This document shows, in pieces, positions 9,301 to 17,018 of a stretch of 20,000 nt of DNA. The DNA is from an uncultured virus (IMG/VR IMGVR_UViG_3300032247_001667) (taxonomy: Duplodnaviria; Heunggongvirae; Uroviricota; Caudoviricetes). Position numbers and translations under genes: made by a program. Location: the IMG/VR virus record IMGVR_UViG_3300032247_001667, one strand, 5' to 3'. Under the pieces are notes generated by a model. That model made no database searches. It was not told the origin of the DNA and saw only the letters and a list, made by a program, of their open reading frames with translations. Position 1 is the stretch's first letter. Every line of letters begins with the position of its first letter.

Positions 9301-12201
9301 TCTGTAATCTTCATCAAAAACTTTGCTTGCAAAATTAGGAATAAATCCTTTTGATCTTCTTCTACTAATTCCTTGGCCTAATCCACTTGGTTCATCTCTT
9401 GTATTATATACCCCTAATCCCATTGGATTGTTATTATTTTTTAATTCATTATTGGATCCAATCCGAATCATGCTTGAAACTATGCCAGCATTTTTTTCTC
9501 TTTGAACTGCTTCTGCTAATGCTGCAAAATTAGGAATAAATCCTCCAAATTTTTTAGGATTTTTTCCTTTTGTATTTTTTCCTTTTGTATCTTTAAATAG
9601 TAATTTGTTTGCAAAACTCTCTAAATTTGATTCAGATAAACTATTTTTAAAATCTCCATCTTGAAAACTAGCTAGACCCTTTGCGCCTTTAAATCTTGAA
9701 GCGATTGCTTTGATTTCAGTACGATCTAAATCCATGTTATTAATTTCGCTTGTATTAATTCTATTAATTGAAGCTTTAATTGCAGCTTCAAAAACTTGAC
9801 CAGTTGAAGCTTCTACAGCGCTACGACTTAAATTTGATCTAACATAGTTTTCAAAAAGATCATTTTTTACTAGATTTGGTCGAGTTGAAATTCCAGATAT
9901 ATAATCTTTAGCTACATTAACTAAAGATTGTGATATATTATTGTACAATAAATCTGGTATTTCCTTATTACCACCAGGAAATGGAAAAATTGGAAATTTA
10001 TAATATGTACCATCTGAAGCTTTTGCGCCACTTTGAAAACCTTTTCCGCCTTGTGGATCTGGATAAATATATACACTGGTGTTTCTAATTTTTCCACCTT
10101 CTTTTTGACCTTTTTTTAATGCTGTATCTCTTTCTTTTTGTCTAAGTTGATTAGTAAAAATACTTTTTTTATCTTTTTTAACAAAATATTCACCATCTCT
10201 TATTACCAATGTACCATCACCATTCATTCCACTAGGACCATCACGCAAGAAAATATTATTCGGTTCTAATTGTGCTCTTTTAAGTTCTGCTCCACCTAAT
10301 TGTACATAATCTTTTTTTAATATTTGTCTATAAGCAAATTGTTTTGCAGCTTTTCCTTCTTTTGAAAAGTTAGGAATAAAACCTTTATTTCTCATTCTAT
10401 CTATTGATTCAAGTGGAACACCAGCAACTTTACCTAATTGATTGGGATTAACTATAAAACTTCCAGCAGGATAACCACCAACTGGAACAGAATTAGTTTT
10501 TTCTCTATTGTTAACAGTAACTTTTCCTAAAACTGGATTATTAACTTCAAAACTTCTTTGAGCATTATATCCTTCGCTTCTTGCTCCCATGATTTCTGCA
10601 TCTGCAAAATTAGGAATAAATCCACCATATTTTCTTGGGGCAGGAACTCTTTTTGCAACCGAAGTTGTTATTGTTGATGCTGTTGCTCTTGCTGCGTTTT
10701 GTTGTCTAATAACATTTAATATTTGCTCTTCAACTTGCAATAAGCTCATTTCCTTTGTCATGATGGCTTGAATAAGTTGAGGATTTTGAGCTAAAATTTC
10801 ATTTACTCTAGTTTGGGCTTGTAATATTTTTTCTGTACCAGAACTTATATTTAATAATGTTTTAAGAGCATCCGCACTAAATGCAGTAAGTCCACTGAAT
10901 AATTTAATAAATACTGTCCCAATAATTGCTAGTCCTGGACCAGAAAGATAATTTCCTAACCCACTTAAAATTCCTTTTGCTACTTTAGTTCCAACGCCTT
11001 CTGTTTCTTTGGGTTGATTAAATGCTTCTAAAATTGAATTAAATGCATCTAAAGTTTCTGTTGCAGCTGGAGCAAAAACTATTTTTCCAACCTCTGCAGC
11101 TGTTTGATTTAAATTAACAAAAGTTTTATTAACCAATGATGATAAACTAGTATTTAAAGCTTCATTTCTTTTTATGGCTTCATTTGTAGAAGATGCTGAA
11201 GTTCTTAATGCTCCATCATAAATGCTATATTCTTTTCCTAAGTCTCCTAATGTAGATCTTAAAACGTTAATTTGGAAAACACCACCAACTGCTTCTGCAG
11301 TCGCAGCTTGTTGAGATTTACTTAGGTTTTGAAATGATCCTGCTAAATTATTTAAAATTTGAATTGCTGGCAGAGCTTCACCTTCTAAATCTCTGACTTT
11401 GATTCCAACTTCTTCTAAAGCATCTAAGGTATCACTTCTTTGTAATCTTGTAAAAATTGTTTTAAAACTATTTCCAATAACTGATCCACCTCTTGCTGTA
11501 GTTTGTTGAGCTGCAGTAACTAATGCAATCAATTGATCTAAATCTACTCCAACATCTTGAGCTGTACTTCCTACTCTACTTATAGCTTCTGCAAGATCTG
11601 CGCTACTAACTGCAAATCCAGCATCAACATTTGCAAACTTATTAATAATTTGAGTAGATGTTATTCCAGCTTTACTAAAAGTATTAACTGCAGCAGTTAA
11701 AGCTTCAACACTTGCTACAGTATCTAATCCAGAAAGTCGAGTTAAAATTAAAGCATCACTAGTTCTTTGAAGCGTTTGTTGTACGCTCAAACCTTGACGA
11801 GCTAATTCTGTTGCTGCGGTGGCTACTACTTCAAAAGATTGACCAGTATTTTTAGCTATATCAAATAATGCGTTTCCAAATGTGGCTAAACTTTTTGAAG
11901 ATACTCCTAATACAACATTAATATCCAATAATGCTTTTTCTACATCAATAGCAGATTTTAAGGTTGCATTTAGAGCTTTTTGTACTACAAAAATAGACCC
12001 AGCTGATGCACCGAAGGCTAAAACACGAGCATTAGAAGCTTCTAGTGATTTATTAAATTCGCTAACTTGACCAGTGATTCGGCCTAAAGGCTGAGATATC
12101 GAGTTCTTTAGATTTAATTTAAGGGGTCTATCAGCGAGTTTGGCTATTTTAGCCTCCGCTTGCCTTGTATCTGCATCTACTCCTACACGTAAGTCGCTCA
12201 T
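6349..12201 (-). CDS. Tail tape measure protein (TP901-family core) with inserted cassettes
   Basis: 1950 aa. N-terminal helical core (LARQGLS..LILTRLSGLD..LTAAVNTF..KFANVDAGFAVSSADLAEAI..TTARGGSVIGNSFKTIFTRL) matches the TP901 TMP pattern. Several hydrophobic/Gly-rich segments. Follows tube and chaperone genes; GAGG/AAGGA SD upstream. Confidence 0.93.
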   Translation of the reverse strand: MSDLRVGVDADTRQAEAKIAKLADRPLKLNLKNSISQPLGRITGQVSEFNKSLEASNARVLAFGASAGSIFVVQKALNATLKSAIDVEKALLDINVVLGVSSKSLATFGNALFDIAKNTGQSFEVVATAATELARQGLSVQQTLQRTSDALILTRLSGLDTVASVEALTAAVNTFSKAGITSTQIINKFANVDAGFAVSSADLAEAISRVGSTAQDVGVDLDQLIALVTAAQQTTARGGSVIGNSFKTIFTRLQRSDTLDALEEVGIKVRDLEGEALPAIQILNNLAGSFQNLSKSQQAATAEAVGGVFQINVLRSTLGDLGKEYSIYDGALRTSASSTNEAIKRNEALNTSLSSLVNKTFVNLNQTAAEVGKIVFAPAATETLDAFNSILEAFNQPKETEGVGTKVAKGILSGLGNYLSGPGLAIIGTVFIKLFSGLTAFSADALKTLLNISSGTEKILQAQTRVNEILAQNPQLIQAIMTKEMSLLQVEEQILNVIRQQNAARATASTITTSVAKRVPAPRKYGGFIPNFADAEIMGARSEGYNAQRSFEVNNPVLGKVTVNNREKTNSVPVGGYPAGSFIVNPNQLGKVAGVPLESIDRMRNKGFIPNFSKEGKAAKQFAYRQILKKDYVQLGGAELKRAQLEPNNIFLRDGPSGMNGDGTLVIRDGEYFVKKDKKSIFTNQLRQKERDTALKKGQKEGGKIRNTSVYIYPDPQGGKGFQSGAKASDGTYYKFPIFPFPGGNKEIPDLLYNNISQSLVNVAKDYISGISTRPNLVKNDLFENYVRSNLSRSAVEASTGQVFEAAIKASINRINTSEINNMDLDRTEIKAIASRFKGAKGLASFQDGDFKNSLSESNLESFANKLLFKDTKGKNTKGKNPKKFGGFIPNFAALAEAVQREKNAGIVSSMIRIGSNNELKNNNNPMGLGVYNTRDEPSGLGQGISRRRSKGFIPNFASKVFDEDYRAKVRAAGGNSVDNFSKSIDRAANSIDRLIKKTDQTTLATDKEAKAAEKAALANEKVSKSGERTSKVLSSISDRALALSIALPIVTGIISEFGDQTSESMRNLNSLSMGLTDVATGLVVSTSLLGKWGTVLGVTAGGALGLYHWFDSINKQNKEKFLNPLKTRAESSTENLQKLNGNLADISAPLNQVIQEQKDGIEISTDALTSLAEKINNLPLDVQEQVRPKLQSGQYEDIFKILGTEASKKERESKSKNLAQSIGQKIVGKKEGVDIYADAKVAASDAQDVINNVFSGLNKTEINQLNQSLQNADGNFGIISRTLMQAAKETGADTSALEQLINAFKHGATDAQNLTKEMLKQAAAIEKNANAVKKNKIPVLGQKQDLTGAGNILGGKESFINPQERYASISQFAAGASKYVEGNKRGDIDTKGRGAYEMLSNLVQSGNVNPKDLLMKNDKGDFTNGLVASASAARKAQIIEGAKRKEEIYKSTLAPGQKADPAIMKQFQDMQNNDKAQELADKSIEEFLMTDAQKTYAAFAPTLQEMLGAMELLKSGPIGENFMQQLSVLSENLLGPNGKAEEYRNKIGQSKEDFYGYDFAKTGEISAGSTYGKMQLQAQKGNFKNPEAQALVDELKNLTYTKTDQEKSRLTQPEFGGKSGSVGRNPGMSSDSKIITDAMSSTIDDIKKWWNGLNESTQALIIGFTLLANVLGPVVTALASLGGLSILKGLFTGAAPAAVAGAGEGAVVAAETVVVEGATLAGETIAGIEAAGISLTLLEAAALPLGEAITVLGASVAGLIAVFGALGAGLGFLIGKIPTFGLTKDKDTGENQNISGALTDVFAKIFEHGMTGHQVMDQKEGNEWLQQAAERIKIAAEAKKKRKQEENPNPQPTGNGANGSTIPPSENGLQNPPKGANGSIIGATTASVNISPVNANINITSTPDTTTQAIVAALQAVVAQANERIRILEGKSGEKTPPSQLVAAQQAVA
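9328..10623 (-). repeat. Four dispersed GFIPNF(A/S)-encoding repeats within the TMP
   Basis: + strand tgcaaaattaggaataaatcc is identical at 9328-9348, 9523-9543 and 10603-10623; variant tgaaaagttaggaataaaacc at 10363-10383. Confidence 0.95.
9559..9590. repeat. 15-bp tandem duplication encoding TKGKN x2
   Basis: attttttccttttgt at 9559-9573 and 9574-9588, immediately N-terminal to the third GFIPNF motif. Confidence 0.9.
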
Positions 12202-12226
12202 TTATCCTTTTTCCTCACTTATAAAG

Positions 12227-12235
12227 TATTACACT
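12227..12235 (-). promoter_or_regulatory. Putative late promoter motif AGTGTAATA
   Basis: + strand tattacact, 25 nt upstream of the TMP ATG. Confidence 0.6.
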
Positions 12236-12257
12236 TTAACTAGGAAAAATATCACAG

Positions 12258-13259
12258 TTAACGCTTATAAAATTTAGCCAATTCATCTATACCAAGAGTA
12301 CCACCTTTATTTTTGGCCATAGAGTTCAAATCTGTTGTATTATTCTGTCCACTATCTATAGTTTCTATATCTTTTTCTGTTGCGCCCATAATAAATGAAG
12401 CACCACCAGTTTTATTGTTTTTAACAGCTTTTTCTTTAAGATTTTTAGAAGCAGTAAACCAATTCGTAAGCTTATCCGCGTCTTTTTTGATATCATCTGG
12501 CACTTTAGCATAGTCTTCGGACATCATAATATTTCTAAAAAATCTACCATATAATAATAAAAGAGATTGAAAATTAGTCAAATAAGCTATTGGTTTACAA
12601 TAGAAATTATACAGATTATCCCCACAGAATGCAATCATATTCTGTACATGGTGTTCTAATGCTATTTTTTTAACACTATCTTCTTTGAAGTCATTCATTA
12701 TATTGTTGTAACTTATAATATAATCATAGAAACTTTTATCATTAAATTCTTCTAGTTCCGTTTCACTAAAGTAGTTTAATTTAAGTTCTCTATCTTTGAA
12801 TATAGAATAAGCTATATAAATAATATTCATTCTATTATCTGCATATTTTTCAGCAGTATAACCAATTAATCTTTCCCTTTCTTGTTTTTTTGTTAAAATT
12901 TCAAATTCTAATTTATTGATTTCTTGATTTAATTGTTCTATTTGTGATACTAAAAAAAGTTTACTTTTTGTTTTTTTGAGATTTTGTAGATATAGATTTT
13001 TATTTTCTAATTCAAAATCAATTTCTTTGGACCAAAATTTTTCAGATAATATATAATCTTCTTGTTCTTTGTTTGTAGGAAGTTTTAATTTAACTGCTTT
13101 ATCATAAAATTCTATTTTTTTATTTTCAAAATTAGCAAAATCTAGTTCATTAAAATGTTTAATATAGCAGATGCTTTTATTAATTGGGTCTTTAAATTCT
13201 GAAAATCCATTAACAATATCCGCAAATAATCTTTTATTCTGATTTTGGTGGAAGTTCAC
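12258..13259 (-). CDS. Putative tail assembly chaperone (pre-TMP gene)
   Basis: 333-aa charged, coiled-coil-like ORF directly upstream of the TMP. GTG start overlaps the previous gene by 26 nt; start uncertain. Confidence 0.55.
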   Translation of the reverse strand: MNFHQNQNKRLFADIVNGFSEFKDPINKSICYIKHFNELDFANFENKKIEFYDKAVKLKLPTNKEQEDYILSEKFWSKEIDFELENKNLYLQNLKKTKSKLFLVSQIEQLNQEINKLEFEILTKKQERERLIGYTAEKYADNRMNIIYIAYSIFKDRELKLNYFSETELEEFNDKSFYDYIISYNNIMNDFKEDSVKKIALEHHVQNMIAFCGDNLYNFYCKPIAYLTNFQSLLLLYGRFFRNIMMSEDYAKVPDDIKKDADKLTNWFTASKNLKEKAVKNNKTGGASFIMGATEKDIETIDSGQNNTTDLNSMAKNKGGTLGIDELAKFYKR

Positions 13260-14073
13260 TTTCTTTATTTTTATCTATGGGGTCTAATTCTTTATCTATA
13301 TCGTCTAATTTTTCATTAAGTAAATCAATTTGTTCTACCTCTACCAAATCTACTTCTTTGAAATCTTTTTCGTCTGTTATCTTTCCAACATACCAGAAGG
13401 TTATAAGATAAGCAAATCTCATAAGTATTTTCTTTAAGAATTCATTATCAGATTCTTCAATTTCGTCATACTTCTTAATCTTTTGATCAAAGGTTTCTCC
13501 CTCAAAAAATGGAACATACTTATCTCCCTCTTTTCTATGTGCCAAGTTTAATACCCACCACATAATAGTTTTATTTCGTGCTCTATTTTCGGCAGTTTGT
13601 TCAAATATTTCGCTTTTTACTCTTTCTATTTCGACTAATTCTCGTCTTATATTATTGATTTTTTCTGTATATAAACGAGCATTTGAGTGATCAATTTCAG
13701 TAAGGGCAGCTTCTTCTTTAATTTGAATTGAAAACATTTCTTTTTGTATTCTAGCTAATTCTTCAAAAAGCTCTTTTACTCTCTTTTCTTCGCCAGAGGA
13801 CAATGCTCCACCATCATTTTCAAACCTTTTAACTATAAGTGCTTTAGGCAAAAGACCCAATTTAATTGATTCAGATAATCTAATACCATAAAATAGCTCT
13901 GCGTCTTCAAACATTACTCTATTAGGCTTCTTAATGGCGAAGTCTAATGGTATTTCTTTTTTAACTTTTTTAATCGTTTTAACTTCGTCGCCTTGTTCGT
14001 TTTTAGAAATTTCAGTTTCTTCAACCATTGTTTCTTGATTTGCTGTGAATGAATATAATTTTTTAATTTCCAT
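13234..14073 (-). CDS. Putative tail assembly chaperone
   Basis: 279-aa charged helical ORF between tube and TMP; AGGAG SD upstream; similar to 12258..13259. Confidence 0.55.
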   Translation of the reverse strand: MEIKKLYSFTANQETMVEETEISKNEQGDEVKTIKKVKKEIPLDFAIKKPNRVMFEDAELFYGIRLSESIKLGLLPKALIVKRFENDGGALSSGEEKRVKELFEELARIQKEMFSIQIKEEAALTEIDHSNARLYTEKINNIRRELVEIERVKSEIFEQTAENRARNKTIMWWVLNLAHRKEGDKYVPFFEGETFDQKIKKYDEIEESDNEFLKKILMRFAYLITFWYVGKITDEKDFKEVDLVEVEQIDLLNEKLDDIDKELDPIDKNKESELPPKSE

Positions 14074-14323
14074 AATTTGCTCCTAGACTACTAAAATAAG
14101 CTAATCCCTTTCTAAAGTTAGCTTTACCCGCAACTAGTTTAATAAAATTTTCTTTTTTATTATTAGGCCAGTTATTAAATGAAGAGATGAACTTCTCAGT
14201 AGTAAATAATTTAACATTAGGATTATATATTTTATAATCATTTTGAAGAGTTCGATTTACAGTTTGAAGTCCAAGATTACCTTCGATTACTGTTTCAATA
14301 GGAAATAAGAGCTTAGGTTTCAT
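14063..14323 (-). CDS. Hypothetical protein (86 aa)
   Basis: ATGA overlap with the upstream gene and 11-nt overlap with the downstream gene; fills the gap in the operon. Confidence 0.7.
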   Translation of the reverse strand: MKPKLLFPIETVIEGNLGLQTVNRTLQNDYKIYNPNVKLFTTEKFISSFNNWPNNKKENFIKLVAGKANFRKGLAYFSSLGANYGN

Positions 14324-14520
14324 ATATGAATATCGAATTTATTGATATCTTCTTCGATTTCTCTTATTGCATCATTGCCATAATCCAAAACTCTCTTACG
14401 GAGTTTTTGATATTTCTCATCTTCGAGATTAAGATCTTCTAGAAGAAAAAAGAAGTTCTTAAAAAGTCCAGTAATCTTGCGTCTTAATTGAAATTTTAGA
14501 TAGTCCTTTTCCTTTGACAT
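14320..14520 (-). CDS. Small helical hypothetical protein (66 aa, MSKEKDYLK...)
   Basis: ATG at 14520 is preceded by AAAGGAAAAAGGTG (SD), so it is preferred over the TTG at 14556 in the ORF track. Confidence 0.7.
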   Translation of the reverse strand: MSKEKDYLKFQLRRKITGLFKNFFFLLEDLNLEDEKYQKLRKRVLDYGNDAIREIEEDINKFDIHI

Positions 14521-14543
14521 AACACCTTTTTCCTTTATATAAT

Positions 14544-14572
14544 ATACTACCGACAACTAAAAGAAAAGTCTA
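14544..14572 (-). promoter_or_regulatory. Possible sigma70-type promoter
   Basis: Minus strand TAGACT-N17-TAGTAT, about 24 nt upstream of the ATG at 14520. Confidence 0.4.
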
Positions 14573-14585
14573 ACTTTTCTATTAG
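14557..14585. other. Inverted repeat (weak terminator or operator) downstream of the tube gene
   Basis: ctaaaagaaaagt-cta-acttttctattag: 12 paired positions, one mismatch, 3-nt loop; AT-rich stem. Confidence 0.45.
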
Positions 14586-14604
14586 GTTATATTATATATT
14601 TAAA

Positions 14605-15528
14605 TTATGGAGCGGCGCCAGATTCGCCTTCAATCATGATGGCGTCTGAACCAGTTACTGGTGCTTCTAATGTGATAGAACATACTTGGATATCATCCAA
14701 TGTATTAGTAACTTTGAAATCAGCTAGTTTGGCGTTATTGATTTGGAAATACTTATCTCCACAAGCAATTCTAACATTTTGAGGAATATTAGGATTGAAT
14801 TGTGGATTTTGAGTTCCATTCAATATAATCTCTGTATCAATTGAAACCTTTGGAGGTCCAGCTAAAATGTTAGCAACTGGAGTTAATGTTCCGAGTTTGT
14901 TAATTTTATTTCTTGGAATATCTAAAGCGAATGTAAAGCTTCTTGCTTCATAAACTGCATTAGTACCTTGAGCACCTGTTCCAATTTGAACAGTGATGTC
15001 TTTTGGTTGAATTATTGTAGCTACTGTATTTGTTCCAGAGAATCCAGGTGATCCCTTAAAGATTGGATTACCAGCAGTATAGGTTGCATTTATTGCATCA
15101 ACGCTAACACTAACAGTTGGAATATTTCCAACAGAACCATCTACAGAATAAGTTTTTACAATTCCGCTTGTAATAATTAATGTTCCTGCACCAGAAATAC
15201 CATAATTTCTGCCTTGTTCATTTAGGAAGGCGTCAAAATTATCCATACCAAGCTTACTAGCATTAGTTGGAGTAAGTCCACTACCAGAAGATCCGTTGCC
15301 AGAAGATAGAGCATAGGAAAAATTTAAACTAACAGTTGCTGGTTCTACTTGAATATTATCAACTGCATAAAGATTACCGAATTCAAAAACGTCTTGACGA
15401 CTTACTGCGAAGTCTACGTCTGCACTTTGAATTAATTCTAATTGGACTTGACCATATTGGCCATCGGCACCGTTTGCTCCTGTATTACAAACTGTTAAAA
15501 CTTGGGCTGGATAGTATGTTACTGGCAT
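14605..15528 (-). CDS. Major tail (tube) protein with two tandem tube-like domains
   Basis: 307 aa; strong AAGGAG SD (15538-15543). Lies between terminator-like and chaperone genes. Tube-like motif IQSADVDFAVSRQDVFEFG..VSLNFSY recurs as ARSFTFALDIPRNKINKLG..VSIDTEI. Confidence 0.75.
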   Translation of the reverse strand: MPVTYYPAQVLTVCNTGANGADGQYGQVQLELIQSADVDFAVSRQDVFEFGNLYAVDNIQVEPATVSLNFSYALSSGNGSSGSGLTPTNASKLGMDNFDAFLNEQGRNYGISGAGTLIITSGIVKTYSVDGSVGNIPTVSVSVDAINATYTAGNPIFKGSPGFSGTNTVATIIQPKDITVQIGTGAQGTNAVYEARSFTFALDIPRNKINKLGTLTPVANILAGPPKVSIDTEIILNGTQNPQFNPNIPQNVRIACGDKYFQINNAKLADFKVTNTLDDIQVCSITLEAPVTGSDAIMIEGESGAAP

Positions 15529-15558
15529 AATTTGTTTCTCCTTTTGAAATTCAATCTA

Positions 15559-15567
15559 TATTACATT
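15559..15567 (-). promoter_or_regulatory. Putative late promoter motif variant AATGTAATA
   Basis: + strand tattacatt, 30 nt upstream of the tube gene ATG. Confidence 0.5.
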
Positions 15568-15596
15568 CGATAACTGCTAAAGAGAAGTAATAAATA

Positions 15597-16436
15597 TTAT
15601 GGATTGCGAATTTTACTAAGGGTAAAATCCACAAATGCAGGGAATATTGCTGTATTTATCTTGTCCATAAAAGCAAAATTTTTGCTTATTGCTACTTCTT
15701 CGATGTAAAATAATTCATTTTGGTTAAATTTGGCATTTTTTAAGCTATTATAGTTATAAAATCCACTATTAAAGCAATTTAAATAATTCAAATTAAGGTC
15801 TGTATTTTTAATTAAAGGCATCCTTTGGTAGGCTGTATCTCTTAATACGCCACATACAGCATCTAAATTAAATAAACTATCAGCTAATATTATTAATCTT
15901 ATCTCTATTTTAGAGTCTACTGTGCCACCAAAAGCAAAGGGGTCATTTATGCTACTATTATTTTTAATGAATATAGCTGGTACAGTTTGTGCGTTTGGTG
16001 ATAAACCAGTTAAATTTTGAGTAATTTTAGGTCTTACAGAGTATTGAGTTTCAAATAATAGTTCTTCTTCTGGCTTATTAGTTAAATATATAGTGAAATC
16101 TTTAACAGCATAATTGCCACTTATTTGACTAGCTGTTACATTATTATTAAAATAAACTTGACCATTTTGCTGACTTATGCCAATTAATCCATTTTGATTA
16201 CCAGTAATAAATGATCCACTTAAATAAATTCCAGATAATATATTAGCGCCAGATACAGAAGAATCTGCTACTACTTGCTTAAATGGTAAACTATAAGTAT
16301 ATGTATTATTAAAAAGATTATTAGTACTATAAAAAGTACCAGAATAATTAGTATATCCTTGACCAACATTACATACGACATTATCAACAAATAACATCAT
16401 ACTGGACATTACGTCATTATCAAAATTGCCCTTCAT
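15597..16436 (-). CDS. Putative tail terminator/completion protein
   Basis: 279 aa directly upstream of the tube gene. C-terminal half (VPAIFI..PFAFGG..IEIRLIILADS..LDAVCGVLRD) is terminator-like; synteny. Confidence 0.5.
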   Translation of the reverse strand: MKGNFDNDVMSSMMLFVDNVVCNVGQGYTNYSGTFYSTNNLFNNTYTYSLPFKQVVADSSVSGANILSGIYLSGSFITGNQNGLIGISQQNGQVYFNNNVTASQISGNYAVKDFTIYLTNKPEEELLFETQYSVRPKITQNLTGLSPNAQTVPAIFIKNNSSINDPFAFGGTVDSKIEIRLIILADSLFNLDAVCGVLRDTAYQRMPLIKNTDLNLNYLNCFNSGFYNYNSLKNAKFNQNELFYIEEVAISKNFAFMDKINTAIFPAFVDFTLSKIRNP

Positions 16437-17017
16437 CTAGTCATTCCTTTTTTAAATTTGCTAATTATCTCAGACATATATGATACTGGTTTATATGATC
16501 CACTTCTAAGTTTTGTTTCAGCTTGAAGAGCTTCGCCAGATCTTCCCTCAACAAATCTTTTATAAACATAATTACTAAATCCAGAAATACCCTTTTCAAT
16601 AGATGAAAGCCAACTTCTGCCACCTTCCCAAGGCATAGGTGTGACTTTTTTAAGATCATCTAATGATGGATATTCTACTTTAAAATCTAATCTAATTTTG
16701 CCACCTTTTGAAACTACTTTTGGTTTACTTAATTTAAAATGACTATTAATATAACTTTTAACAGCTTCAATAGGATCATCAGATTTATCAAATCCAATAA
16801 AACTAAAAAGATTGCCAACACCACCTAATGTTCCAGAACTGTTAGAAGCAGTTGGACCGTCTTCTATTTCTTTTGTTATTTTATGAGAATCGAAAGCTTC
16901 TGTGTATAAATCTTTTTGTTCTTCAAATCTTTTTTTGACCATATTCTCTGTGTCATCTATTAGTTTTTTAGATTTGGAAATTTTACTTCTAATAGACTCG
17001 TAGTTAACATAGCCCAT
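16433..17017 (-). CDS. Putative neck / tail completion protein
   Basis: 194-aa basic ORF between head-closure-like and terminator-like genes, the HK97 gp10-like position; synteny only. Confidence 0.4.
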   Translation of the reverse strand: MGYVNYESIRSKISKSKKLIDDTENMVKKRFEEQKDLYTEAFDSHKITKEIEDGPTASNSSGTLGGVGNLFSFIGFDKSDDPIEAVKSYINSHFKLSKPKVVSKGGKIRLDFKVEYPSLDDLKKVTPMPWEGGRSWLSSIEKGISGFSNYVYKRFVEGRSGEALQAETKLRSGSYKPVSYMSEIISKFKKGMTR

Positions 17018-17018
17018 A

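Noticed and set aside
9328..10623. CRISPR array or DGR template/variable repeat interpretation of the 21-bp repeats
   Set aside because: Spacing is 195-840 bp, in frame and coding; no adenine-specific mismatch pair and no RT or cas gene in the window.
13234..13280. Programmed frameshift between the two chaperone-like ORFs
   Set aside because: Joining needs +1/-2, no XXXYYYZ slippery heptamer is evident, and the second frame has a TAG just upstream. The second ORF also contains its own full paralogous domain. Not strictly excluded (CTT CCA in the overlap).
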